Under the pieces are notes generated by a model. The model did no database searches and was not told where the DNA came from. It worked only from the letters and a program-made list of their open reading frames with translations. A DNA stretch of 64,000 bases. It comes from an uncultured Poribacteria bacterium. GTDB taxonomy: Bacteria > Poribacteria > WGA-4E > WGA-3G. Numbering within the stretch: the stretch's first letter is position 1; every line of letters starts with the position of its first letter. The stretch lies in the NCBI GenBank assembly GCA_958296135.2, contig CATQHZ020000001.1:4864001-4928000 (forward strand). Direction: 5' to 3'. This document shows, piece by piece, positions 1-8,980 of the stretch. Both the position numbers and the translations under genes were made by a program.

Positions 1-465
1 TCCGACGTAATAGTGCTGGTCGAAGTACCAACTGGAAGACACGCCGTAAGCCCCCGGCCCGAAAGGCACGCGCACAATCCCGGCTTTGAGCGTTCCAAAA
101 TCGCCGAGGTTATATCCCAACCACGCCGTATGAATCATGCTGTAGTTGTCGTACCACCGGTATTCTAATCGACTGATGATGTTCTGATAGTCCAGATCGG
201 CGTTGAGACGGAAAATCTCAAGATCTACATCACCGATGCGTTGCCCGCGGCGATGGGGGTTATCAGCATCGCCGTAAGTGCCGTAGGCATAACTTACCCG
301 CATCGCCCCGCCAATTTTCACGGGACTTTTCTTGGGCGGCGCAGCTGCTTCCTCCGTTGTGTCTGCTACAGCGAATGCGACGATGAGTAGCAGGCAGGCG
401 AGGGCGATTTCGCCGATGGCGATGGCGCGCCTCGCGCTTTTGTAACCCTGGTTTGTGAAATTCAA
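1..465 (-). CDS. Outer-membrane porin-like protein, N-terminal part (runs off window)
   Basis: Not in ORF track. TTG at 465 behind AAGGAG, open to base 1: signal peptide, then KIGGAMRVSYAYG...IFRLNADLDY...LKAGIVRVPFG beta-strand pattern. Confidence 0.7.
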   Translation of the reverse strand, partial: MNFTNQGYKSARRAIAIGEIALACLLLIVAFAVADTTEEAAAPPKKSPVKIGGAMRVSYAYGTYGDADNPHRRGQRIGDVDLEIFRLNADLDYQNIISRLEYRWYDNYSMIHTAWLGYNLGDFGTLKAGIVRVPFGPGAYGVSSSWYFDQHYYVG

Positions 466-548
466 AGGTTTTCTCCTTCGCGACCTGAGGCCGCTCATAA
501 CAACTCTGTTTTAGTATACTGCAATAGGACAGACGCAGAACAAACCCC

Positions 549-575
549 GTAGGCGCAGCTGAAAACCGCGCCTAC
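549..575. repeat. GTAG-type REP-like palindrome
   Basis: gtaggcgcagctgaaaaccgcgcctac; related copies near 20331, 32371, 43837, 51448. Confidence 0.7.
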
Positions 576-637
576 CGAGGGAAATCGTCTATCTTGTGCA
601 AATTAACGATGCCTGTCGGTTTTCGGTTGCAGGTTAC

Positions 638-2629
638 CTATCCCCGACTTCCTTCTGACATCATCACTATCATTTGGATAAGCTGCCTAAAATCGCCGAG
701 GGTGATGAGCAATGTGGCATCAATTCCACCTTCACGTGCTTTGGCGGCGAAACCGATGCTGTAATTATCGGGGAGATTCGCCAACATTCCCGAAAACATC
801 TGCATTGCAGCCGCATTGCCCGGGTCGCTTTGTGCCAAGAGCGGCACAAAACTTTTAATCGCGATGATGGGCGAAATCGCGAAGAAGACGTGAGTATCCG
901 TGCCCAACTTTTTCGCCAAATGCTGATAACTGGGATGGGTAACCAATGTGGTGCCACTCCCCGCCATTCTGTCCAGCGCGTCTTTCAGTGCCTGCGGACT
1001 TTCGCCGAACGTCAAAAAGAGATGCCCTTCGGTGAAAGCGTAGTAGAAGTTTAACGTCGCCGGCATTGGGAGTGGGAGTTCTTCGGACTGCAAAACCTTG
1101 CCGAAGTTTGGAAAGCTGTAACTTTGAATCTCCACGCCGTTGTGCATCTCAGGGGTTCCGGGCTGTGAGCCTTCATACATGCCCAGCACGTTGGCAGCAT
1201 TTGGCACATTCTCCAGCACGCCTTGCATCAACTGCATAGAGCCCTGTAGTTGCGCCACAAATCCATCGGCCATGTATGCCCGCGCCGCCGGTTCATCTTG
1301 AATGCCATAGATGACAAGGTAGTCCGGGATGAAACTATTGGCGAAATTGAAGGAGAAACTCGTCTTTCCGTTCAGTGCATCAGAAAACGCGTTCAACCTT
1401 TCGACGAGCGGCGCCAGCATCGTCTGCTGTTCGGGAGTCTCTTGCGGCAAGAATTTCAGTCCGAACGTATTAAACGCAAGCAGTGCCTTTTTGCTCAGCT
1501 GCATCGCACCGCTGAAAGCGGCGTGCTCGGGTAACCCATCGAGGAGTGACAATTCGCCCGGCATCGTGCCGAGTGCCTTTTGCAACTCGCTGTCTGCTTT
1601 AAACGTCACGGAAGGCGCAATTTGCACATCGGCACCTTCAACCTGTAGCGTCAGCCGGAGTACCTTTATTTGTTCAATGAAAGCGGCCCCGCTGCCCAAC
1701 ATGTTCTTTACCATCGGCACCATGCCGGCTGATTCGGGGGCACTTTCTAGGCTGTCAATCATCTCGCCCAATTCTTTTTTAAGCCCCTCGCTCAACCGCG
1801 GCCCGATGGAGTCAAAGTCAAAGTGAGCAGCGAGTTGATTCGTGCCTGCTACAACATCGCCGAGAAACTCGGCATAATCGGCGTTCATGGTGACAGCCGG
1901 CATGTTCCTCTGATACACATCAATCGCGTTTTCACACACCGCCGCCTGCTGCGAGAAGACGAGAATATCATCTAAAATCGTGAAACTCCCGCCACCCCCG
2001 GCGGCGTTCCAATAGGTTACGCCGCTGTATTCAATAGGCGCGGTGCCTTCAGCCTCCATCGTAATCACCTGCATGATGGCCGCGGGCTCGGTTAAATGCA
2101 CGGTAGCAGAGAGAAACATCGGTTCCAGGCTCGTCAAGAAGATGGCGAAATCCCTGTTTAAATCGAGTCCGATCTCCTCCAATTCCGCAAGACGCTCGAA
2201 ACCTGCGCCGAAAGTATCGGCCAAAATGCTGGCGAGAAGCTCCGGCGGTTCCGCCATTGGCATCAAGTCTTGAGCCAGCGCATTCAGCCGAGCATCCAAC
2301 TCAGCCAAACTGGGGCAGTAAATGAGCCCTACCGTTTGTTCGGGAATAAGATGGAGCACACTCCCTTCCGGCACGGTAGGCAGGGCCACTTGCTCTTCCG
2401 GGAGATGAGAGCGGTGTGCCTCGGGTGGCGCTTCCATTTCTCCTTCAGCCGGTTCAACTTCCTTTGCCTCCGGCGATTCGCGAGTCATCGCTGCTTCCGC
2501 TTCTGCCGACTCAGCGGGTGCTGCAACGGCGGTGGGTGGTGGCGGTTCCTTCGCGCTACACCCGAAGAATATGAGTGCCGCGAAGAGTGCCAGCGCGATG
2601 AACGATAAGGGTAAACATCTCCTAGTCAT
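638..2629 (-). CDS. Uncharacterised lipoprotein (DUF3352-like)
   Basis: 663-aa ORF, lipobox FFGC, Pro/Glu-rich linker, AAGGAG RBS. Confidence 0.75.
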   Translation of the reverse strand: MTRRCLPLSFIALALFAALIFFGCSAKEPPPPTAVAAPAESAEAEAAMTRESPEAKEVEPAEGEMEAPPEAHRSHLPEEQVALPTVPEGSVLHLIPEQTVGLIYCPSLAELDARLNALAQDLMPMAEPPELLASILADTFGAGFERLAELEEIGLDLNRDFAIFLTSLEPMFLSATVHLTEPAAIMQVITMEAEGTAPIEYSGVTYWNAAGGGGSFTILDDILVFSQQAAVCENAIDVYQRNMPAVTMNADYAEFLGDVVAGTNQLAAHFDFDSIGPRLSEGLKKELGEMIDSLESAPESAGMVPMVKNMLGSGAAFIEQIKVLRLTLQVEGADVQIAPSVTFKADSELQKALGTMPGELSLLDGLPEHAAFSGAMQLSKKALLAFNTFGLKFLPQETPEQQTMLAPLVERLNAFSDALNGKTSFSFNFANSFIPDYLVIYGIQDEPAARAYMADGFVAQLQGSMQLMQGVLENVPNAANVLGMYEGSQPGTPEMHNGVEIQSYSFPNFGKVLQSEELPLPMPATLNFYYAFTEGHLFLTFGESPQALKDALDRMAGSGTTLVTHPSYQHLAKKLGTDTHVFFAISPIIAIKSFVPLLAQSDPGNAAAMQMFSGMLANLPDNYSIGFAAKAREGGIDATLLITLGDFRQLIQMIVMMSEGSRG

Positions 2630-2652
2630 TGTTTCGATTCTCCTTCTTTCAC

Positions 2653-2680
2653 GTAGGGCGAGGGAAACCTGTCCCTCGCC
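2653..2680. repeat. GTAG-type REP-like palindrome
   Basis: gtagggcgagggaaacctgtccctcgcc; most abundant family in the window. Confidence 0.7.
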
Positions 2681-2733
2681 TTGTCGTCACTTTAAGGGTG
2701 AAACGTCCATACCAATACCCACCCTTATGCGGC

Positions 2734-3831
2734 TTAGCGTCCTTGACTCTGCGTCGCAGCAACCCTTTCTTCAAAGGCATCAATTTCCGCGTTAGAGGTA
2801 AGCACGCCGATTTCTACCTCGTAGTGCCGGCGGCCGCCGGGCTCAATGAACTGTAGCGTCCCCGCTTCGCGCGCCGCCGCTCTGCCATCAACAAGGCAGT
2901 TTGAGGGCTCCAAGCCCATCACGTAAGTGCCTTCACCGCACATTTTCCACTGGACAAAGTTCGGGAACTGCGTCTTGTGGTAACGCACGGAGACACCGAT
3001 ACCTTGTCCATTGTTAAACGCACGGTTTACTAACGCCACGTGAATGTGGTTATGCACGTCCGCCTCCATCGTGTGATAGTAGACCTGCTCCTGGAAGTCA
3101 ACGGTTGGCGGTTCCCCGAAATTGTAATTGTTCAGGCTTTCGGCGGCGTGTTCGTCCCGGGGAGTTACCTGTGTCGACGGCGCAAGGAATTCGCTGCCCG
3201 CCGCGAGAATCGGGAACCCGACGTTAATATGGAAGAGGTACATGTGAGGCGAATCCTGATACCCCACGTTCTCGACAATGTCCTCAATATGCAACGTACG
3301 CGAACCTAACTCGCTCCAAATCCGCCGGGTGCGGCAGAGGTTCTCGCCTAACGCCGCCGTCTCCGTAACCTTTCCTTGTGCCCAGAGCAAATAGCGATGC
3401 CCTTCCCAGCGGCTGTCTATCCAAACGTTTTTCGCGGGAATGTGCGAGACGCGCCCATGCAACCCGAGTTCTTCATCGTCATCGTCTGAAGGCACACCGA
3501 CTTGCCGCATCCCGCAGGTTGTCAACAACCCACCGGAGAAACTGCGCAACCAGCCAAGCCCCCGCGGCTCATAATGCGCCGGATGCACATCGCCCGTGCC
3601 GGAACGCCAACAGAGCGGGATGCCTTGATATGCAGCATAAGAGATATCCAGCCCGCGGCTCGGCAGAACAGTAAAATTCAAGCCCGACCCTGTGCGGAAA
3701 TCGATAGCCTCAACGCCTTTTTCAGAACCGTCTGCCAGTTGGCACACCTTAGCATGCGCAATCTGAGAGATATCCCCAACGTGACGAAGCAGTTGTATTC
3801 TATCATACGTTGCCCCATATAGGTTTATCAA
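2734..3831 (-). CDS. Aldose 1-epimerase family protein (DUF4432)
   Basis: VLPSRGLDI, GLLTTCG, GLHGR, YLFHINVGFP, YVMGLEP motifs. Confidence 0.85.
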   Translation of the reverse strand: MINLYGATYDRIQLLRHVGDISQIAHAKVCQLADGSEKGVEAIDFRTGSGLNFTVLPSRGLDISYAAYQGIPLCWRSGTGDVHPAHYEPRGLGWLRSFSGGLLTTCGMRQVGVPSDDDDEELGLHGRVSHIPAKNVWIDSRWEGHRYLLWAQGKVTETAALGENLCRTRRIWSELGSRTLHIEDIVENVGYQDSPHMYLFHINVGFPILAAGSEFLAPSTQVTPRDEHAAESLNNYNFGEPPTVDFQEQVYYHTMEADVHNHIHVALVNRAFNNGQGIGVSVRYHKTQFPNFVQWKMCGEGTYVMGLEPSNCLVDGRAAAREAGTLQFIEPGGRRHYEVEIGVLTSNAEIDAFEERVAATQSQGR

Positions 3832-3938
3832 ATTAGCGTTCTCCTTTTTAAAATGTGATCTGTGGAATCAACTTTTGCCGTTTTTATGAATTATAGCATA
3901 AATGCAGAGAAAAATGCAAATCGCTGTCTAAATTTTTC

Positions 3939-3968
3939 TTGACTTGCTGTCTATTTTTGTGGTAAACT
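3939..3968 (+). promoter_or_regulatory. Putative sigma70 promoter of the tusA-dsrE-osmC cluster
   Basis: TTGACT-N18-TAAACT with extended TG in an AT-rich divergent intergenic region. Confidence 0.45.
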
Positions 3969-4053
3969 TAATCATTGAAAGCAATTCTCTCACGGGAAGA
4001 AGGGACATTCAAGATGGAATTTTTTATGATTGCAGGAAGGAGCGTCAATTGAG

Positions 4054-4347
4054 ATGGTAATGTCAAACCCTCAAAACACGGCGGCTCCTGCAACGACAGA
4101 AGAACCCGATATCATGCCAGATGCTATCCACGATTTAGGCGAACTCGGCTGCGGTGACCTGATTATCGCGATGCTGAAAGCCATGCGGCCCCTTGAACCG
4201 GGACAGATAGCACAAATCCGCGCAGTAGACCCGGGCGCGCCCGTGGACATCGCGGCATGGTGCAATATGAAAGGCAACGAACTCCTCGCCGATTGCTGCG
4301 GGGAAGACAACGCCTACTTTTATATCAAAAAAGGAGATAATTCCTAA
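4054..4347 (+). CDS. TusA/SirA family sulfur carrier
   Basis: DLGELGCG, DPGAPVDIAAWC, YFYIKKG; start codon uncertain (4030/4054/4060). Confidence 0.85.
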   Translation: MVMSNPQNTAAPATTEEPDIMPDAIHDLGELGCGDLIIAMLKAMRPLEPGQIAQIRAVDPGAPVDIAAWCNMKGNELLADCCGEDNAYFYIKKGDNS

Positions 4348-4706
4348 TGGCGAAACTCATGATTAGCATTACACACGCGAAGGATAACACCGACAAAGCC
4401 ACTGTCGGATTTGTCGTCGCCAACGCATCCGTCGCCTCCGGTGTGGAAACCGTGGTCTTCCTCAGCACGGAAGGCGTGTATCTCTCGCAGAACGGTTACG
4501 CCGATGACATCCACGAGGACGGCTTCGCGCCGTTGAAACAACTCATGGCGGATTTCGCCGAATTCGGCGGAACCATCTGGGTGTGCTCCCCGTGCTTCAA
4601 AAAGCGCGAACTAGATATGGACACCCTGGTCGATGCCGCCGCCATCGTCGGCGGCGCGAAAGCCGTTGAGTTCCTCACAACGGGTGGTTCCTGTATCACC
4701 TATTGA
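4347..4706 (+). CDS. DsrE family protein
   Basis: VFLSTEGV, IWVCSPC, AAIVGG; start overlaps the upstream stop. Confidence 0.85.
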   Translation: MAKLMISITHAKDNTDKATVGFVVANASVASGVETVVFLSTEGVYLSQNGYADDIHEDGFAPLKQLMADFAEFGGTIWVCSPCFKKRELDMDTLVDAAAIVGGAKAVEFLTTGGSCITY

Positions 4707-4889
4707 ACTCGGGCACGCGCGAGCCGGGCTCGCGACGCGACGCTGAGACGCTCCCTCCCATCGTGGAACAGATTCGCGCTATCCGCGCGGAAACCTCTCC
4801 TGGGAGGGACTCTCCATTCTTCGTAAGAGCCACCTCCTGAACGCAACGCTAGAACCGTTTCTGTAGTACGACGGTGGAAACAGACTATT

Positions 4890-5630
4890 ATGAGACAAGA
4901 AGACTTACAAGCACCCGATACCCTCCAAACACCCCACATCTGCGAAGGCGGCAACCTTGACTGCGGCTCTGGACTCCTCCTCCTCATCCGGAAATCGATG
5001 GAAGCAGTGCCAGATGGCGAAATCCTAGAGATTCGCAGCACCGAAATCAGCGTCAAGGCAGACCTGCCCGCGTGGTGCCGCATGACAGAAAACCCCTATC
5101 TGGGGTGGCGGCCCGTAACGGAACATAACAAATACTTTGTGCGCAGAGGCGAAGCGGAGCAAGATGCCGAACTCGCCTATGAACAAGCGCGAGATTACCG
5201 ATGGCAAACGCGTATCCACTGGGATGGCGGCATGCAGACGAAAGTCTTCTGCCGGAACCATTCTTGGGCGGTGGGACAACCCGCCAGTTTTGATGTCCGC
5301 GACGCTGCGCCGAGTGCAGTGGAATATGTCCTCGGCGCGCTCGGTTCTTGCCTCGCGATGGGGTTCCAGATCCGTGCTTCGCAGCAGCAGGTAGAAATCG
5401 ACGAACTCGAAATCTCGCTCAGCGGCCAGATCGATAATATCTTCGTCTTTTTGGGGACAGAGAGTGAGGGGCATAGCGGTTTTAAAGAGATTCGTGGCAC
5501 CCTCTACGTCTCTTCCGATGCGGATGATGAAGTGTTAGAGACGCTTTGGGAAGAGACGTTAGCTGCTTCGCCAGTGACGCATACGTTGACGCGAGGAGTT
5601 GAGGTTCAGGTGGAGCTGCGCGTGATTTAA
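4890..5630 (+). CDS. TusA-OsmC fusion protein
   Basis: N-terminal GGNLDCGSG/DLPAWC TusA domain; C-terminal PSAVEYVLGALGSCL...ASPVTHTL OsmC domain. Confidence 0.85.
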   Translation: MRQEDLQAPDTLQTPHICEGGNLDCGSGLLLLIRKSMEAVPDGEILEIRSTEISVKADLPAWCRMTENPYLGWRPVTEHNKYFVRRGEAEQDAELAYEQARDYRWQTRIHWDGGMQTKVFCRNHSWAVGQPASFDVRDAAPSAVEYVLGALGSCLAMGFQIRASQQQVEIDELEISLSGQIDNIFVFLGTESEGHSGFKEIRGTLYVSSDADDEVLETLWEETLAASPVTHTLTRGVEVQVELRVI

Positions 5631-6161
5631 CTGGACAGACAGACGCAGGACGATACCTGATTGTGTTCTTTATTCAGAAACAGAACAACCTTGCCCTGAT
5701 TCTGAGTGCTCGTGACATAGATAGAAAGGAGAGACGTAGGCATGAAAGCAAATGAAGTTGAACAGACTACCAGCATCTCTAAAGCGCAAACCCTGGAAGC
5801 GATAGCCGAATTTTGGGATACACATAGTCTGACAGACTATTGGGATGAAACCCACGAAGTTGAATTTGAGGTGAGGATGCAGCGGCGACACCGTGTCACG
5901 CTCGCTCCTGAAATTTACGAAAAGGTTGAAACGCAGGCGCGGATGCAAGGCGTTTTACCTGAAACCCTAGTCAATTTGTGGTTAGCGGAACGGCTTCAAA
6001 GCACCAAGTAGCCGTTTCTAGGGGATTCGCATCCCCTACATCTCTTCCGATGCGGATGATGAGGTATTAGAGACGCTTTGGGAAGAGACGTTAGCTGCTT
6101 CGCCAGTGACGCATACGTTGACGCGAGGAGTTGAGGTTCAAGTGGAGCTGCGCGTGATTTA
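5504..6161 (+). repeat. 126-bp direct repeat (5504-5629 and 6036-6161) of the 3' end of the TusA-OsmC gene
   Basis: Copies differ at about 4 positions and flank a single small gene. Confidence 0.95.
5742..6011 (+). CDS. CopG/BrnA-like antitoxin-type protein
   Basis: AEFWDTHSLTDYWD and ribbon-helix-helix-like C-terminus; AAGGAG RBS. Confidence 0.75.
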   Translation: MKANEVEQTTSISKAQTLEAIAEFWDTHSLTDYWDETHEVEFEVRMQRRHRVTLAPEIYEKVETQARMQGVLPETLVNLWLAERLQSTK

Positions 6162-6397
6162 GAGGCGTGAAAATCAATTTGACTTTTTGCGTGGAAATAG
6201 GGTATAATTAACACTAACGATTCGATACAAATCGTCAGGACGGATATCGTTCATATCCGCCCGTGTCCCGAAATCCCGTTTCATGCTATGAAAGTAGATA
6301 CGATGAGGGAAAACAGGAAACTCCTAGAGCGGGCGAACGACGCGCGCAAAAAGATGCACCACCACTCCCCATCGTGCGGAATAGGCAGTTTGCAAGG

Positions 6398-7822
6398 TTA
6401 GAGGACGCTGCGTTCGCTGAGAGGGATTTTTGGTGCCACCCCCGCGAAGTAGCCCTTAATCTCGTATATCTGCAAGCATGGACACTCAAAGTCCAACGTA
6501 GGATGTTTCCATATTCCCGCACGGGATGCCTCTTTTTGCATTTCACGCGTAGGCGGTTTCGCAACTACAAAAACACCCAATTCGGCGTTCACGTTGCCCA
6601 TCGCCGTGCGGAAATCACGGACATGTCCAAGCGTATAATTGCCACCCTTGACTTGAGCAACCATCTTCCCGTAGGATTTCCGCCCACCGCTCTTACCGAG
6701 AGGAAAATTGCGAACACCATCGACTCCGCCATCCCTACCACGAGTCGCATTTCGCTGGAAATTCAGTACGTGAGCCACGCACCACTCCTCAAAGCCAAAC
6801 GGATCCTCAGATGCAAGACGAATTGCAGAAGGAAGGTCTTCGGGGGTGCCAATAATCCTCACCTCATCACGAATGTGCGGACAGAACTTCTCCACTTGTA
6901 AATTGACAGCACCAGTAGCAAGATAGGTGAGGTCAATGCCAATCCATCGACGTCCGAGGTTCTCGGCCGCAATCACGGTTGGGCCGCATCCGCAGAACGG
7001 ATCCAGAACCAAGTCACCCTCGTTACTGGAAGCTTTAAGTATACGTTCATAGAGTGCAATCGGCTTCTGCGTCGGATATCCCGTGCGTTCGATTATCAGA
7101 CGCTGCACGGGAGTGCAGTCAGACCACCAGTTGGGCATAACCTTACCTTTTGCAACCTCCTCTGCTGAATACTCTGTATTTGTTCCCCAGCCCTTGCCAT
7201 CCAATTTGCTTCCGCGCTTGTAGGGAGTCCTGACGTTGTCAACATTGAAAGTCCATGTCGAACCTTTTGTATAAAACAGAATATTGTCGGTTTTCCTTGG
7301 AAACCATCGCCGGACATTTGCGGGCGTATCATAGCACCAAACTATCTCATTCCGGAAGTTCTTCACGCCAAAGACTGCATCCATAAGCAGTTTGAGGTAG
7401 TGGCCGGCAGATGAATCGCAGTGCAGGTAGATGCTCCCAGTGGGCTTCAGCACGCGGTGCATTTCCACTAGGCGGACCCCCATCATCACTAGATACGCCA
7501 TCATCGGAGTTTCTTTGAGAAATGTCCACATTCCCATGATTGTTTCTCCCACAAGCCCGCCGACTTCCGTAATCAGCTTATCACAAGCCGTCTCCGCTGC
7601 ATGCCCCCAACCCCAAGTGTCAGAAAACGCCTTCACGAGAGTTTCGGGTTCTTTACCTTGCTCGTCGCGGAACGGCACAAAGTAATCGCGCTTGGAATTA
7701 AACGGTGGATCGGTAGCGATGATGTCCACCGCCTGGTCTGGGAGCCTCTCCATCCATTCAAGGTTGTCACCCCTAAACAAGGTGCGGTTGATAGTGCTAG
7801 GATTCAGATCCAGATTTAACAT
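6398..7822 (-). CDS. N4/N6 DNA methyltransferase fused to Mrr-like endonuclease domain
   Basis: DPPF, YPTQKP, LDPFCGCG motifs; C-terminal DGGVDG...QVKGG. Confidence 0.9.
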   Translation of the reverse strand: MLNLDLNPSTINRTLFRGDNLEWMERLPDQAVDIIATDPPFNSKRDYFVPFRDEQGKEPETLVKAFSDTWGWGHAAETACDKLITEVGGLVGETIMGMWTFLKETPMMAYLVMMGVRLVEMHRVLKPTGSIYLHCDSSAGHYLKLLMDAVFGVKNFRNEIVWCYDTPANVRRWFPRKTDNILFYTKGSTWTFNVDNVRTPYKRGSKLDGKGWGTNTEYSAEEVAKGKVMPNWWSDCTPVQRLIIERTGYPTQKPIALYERILKASSNEGDLVLDPFCGCGPTVIAAENLGRRWIGIDLTYLATGAVNLQVEKFCPHIRDEVRIIGTPEDLPSAIRLASEDPFGFEEWCVAHVLNFQRNATRGRDGGVDGVRNFPLGKSGGRKSYGKMVAQVKGGNYTLGHVRDFRTAMGNVNAELGVFVVAKPPTREMQKEASRAGIWKHPTLDFECPCLQIYEIKGYFAGVAPKIPLSERSVL

Positions 7823-7952
7823 TCGTGTCTCCTTATAGATTCATTTCTATTCGACGGTGACTCTAATGTCTCCCCCTTACCCTACGTTATATCACCTATT
7901 GAGCAAAAAGTCAAGTCTAAAAGCGAGAAAACAATCGCGCTGCGTTTTTTCT

Positions 7953-7982
7953 TTGACATGCAGCCGCTTTTTGTGATATACT
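7953..7982 (+). promoter_or_regulatory. Putative sigma70 promoter
   Basis: TTGACA-N18-TATACT with TG, about 40 bp upstream of ATG 8021. Confidence 0.55.
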
Positions 7983-8020
7983 TAAGAGTGTATCCTCGTA
8001 TGCCTCACAAAGGAGAAACG

Positions 8021-8242
8021 ATGAAGGAAGCAACCCCTGAACACCAGGACCCGGACATGCTCGACGAATACGACTTCAGCAACGGCATCCGCGGCAAATA
8101 TGCTGACAGGTTTGACGATTTTACCATCCTCGTGAAACTCGACAACGATGTCGCCAGAATGTTCCCTAATGCCAAAGCCGTTAACGAGGCTTTGCGCGCA
8201 CTGGGCAAAATCATCGCGGAGCATCAACCGAAAGCGGAATGA
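8021..8242 (+). CDS. BrnA-like antitoxin-type small protein
   Basis: DEYDFSNGIRGKYA...LDNDVARMFPNAKAVNEALR; AAGGAG RBS. Confidence 0.75.
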   Translation: MKEATPEHQDPDMLDEYDFSNGIRGKYADRFDDFTILVKLDNDVARMFPNAKAVNEALRALGKIIAEHQPKAE

Positions 8243-8275
8243 GTCGCTAGCGTTAACCACGAAGAACTCCCCACA

Positions 8276-8980
8276 ATGAAGCAGGACTTGCACGAACCTG
8301 TCCGCCTCAAAGCAGAGCAGGTGTTTGAGGATTCACCCAGTCTGATGTCCGTTGACAGAGTTCACTGGTTCCTCGCTCTTTTCGATGAACTCGGCGTTGA
8401 AGTCTGGCTCGACGGTGGATGGGGTGTTGATGCCCTACTCGGTAAATGCACGCGTAACCACGGAGATCTGGACATTATGATTTCGTGGCCAGATTCAGTC
8501 CCGTTGATTGAAGCACTCTTCGCGCATGGCTTCGTTCACATCTATACCGATGACCGGAAAGAGCGAAACTTCGTGATGGGGCATCGGGCGCACGGCCTAA
8601 TTGACTTTCATGTCATCGAACGGACAGAGGGAGGCGGGGGTGTCTATGGGCCCGGGGAGATTGACTGGGTTATCGATGCATCGGAACTGAACGCTGTCGG
8701 CTTTATTGAAGGAAGAAAAGTGCGATGCCTCTCGGTTGATTACCAGGTCCGCTCGCACACGGGATACACGTTGAAAGACACAGACTTCGCTGACCTGCAG
8801 GCATTGCAGGAAAGATACGGGGTCGCGTTGCTCCCTGAACAGATTCAGGACAGCGCAACTACGAAACAGGAAAATGATGATGAAGGAGGAGGAACGCATG
8901 CAAAATCTACCCCCATTCCCTGTCACCGTTGTCGGGAGTTTGCCACGCTCACGGGCGGTCGCGAGGGCATTGCGAAATAG
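8276..8980 (+). CDS. Aminoglycoside/lincosamide nucleotidyltransferase family (ANT(2'')/LinA-like)
   Basis: WLDGGWGVDALLG...RNHGDLDI, VRCLS, HTGY motifs. Confidence 0.8.
   Translation: MKQDLHEPVRLKAEQVFEDSPSLMSVDRVHWFLALFDELGVEVWLDGGWGVDALLGKCTRNHGDLDIMISWPDSVPLIEALFAHGFVHIYTDDRKERNFVMGHRAHGLIDFHVIERTEGGGGVYGPGEIDWVIDASELNAVGFIEGRKVRCLSVDYQVRSHTGYTLKDTDFADLQALQERYGVALLPEQIQDSATTKQENDDEGGGTHAKSTPIPCHRCREFATLTGGREGIAK

Noticed and set aside
4704-4890. Sec readthrough of the DsrE TGA, or a riboswitch in the spacer
   Set aside because: The DsrE domain is complete at the stop; pairing ccctccca/tgggaggg exists but I recognise no RNA family
6179-6401. Promoter-like TTGACT-N18-TATAAT followed by a 37-aa ORF at 6288-6401
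   Set aside because: No RBS or homology evidence; cannot be told apart from a remnant or antisense promoter
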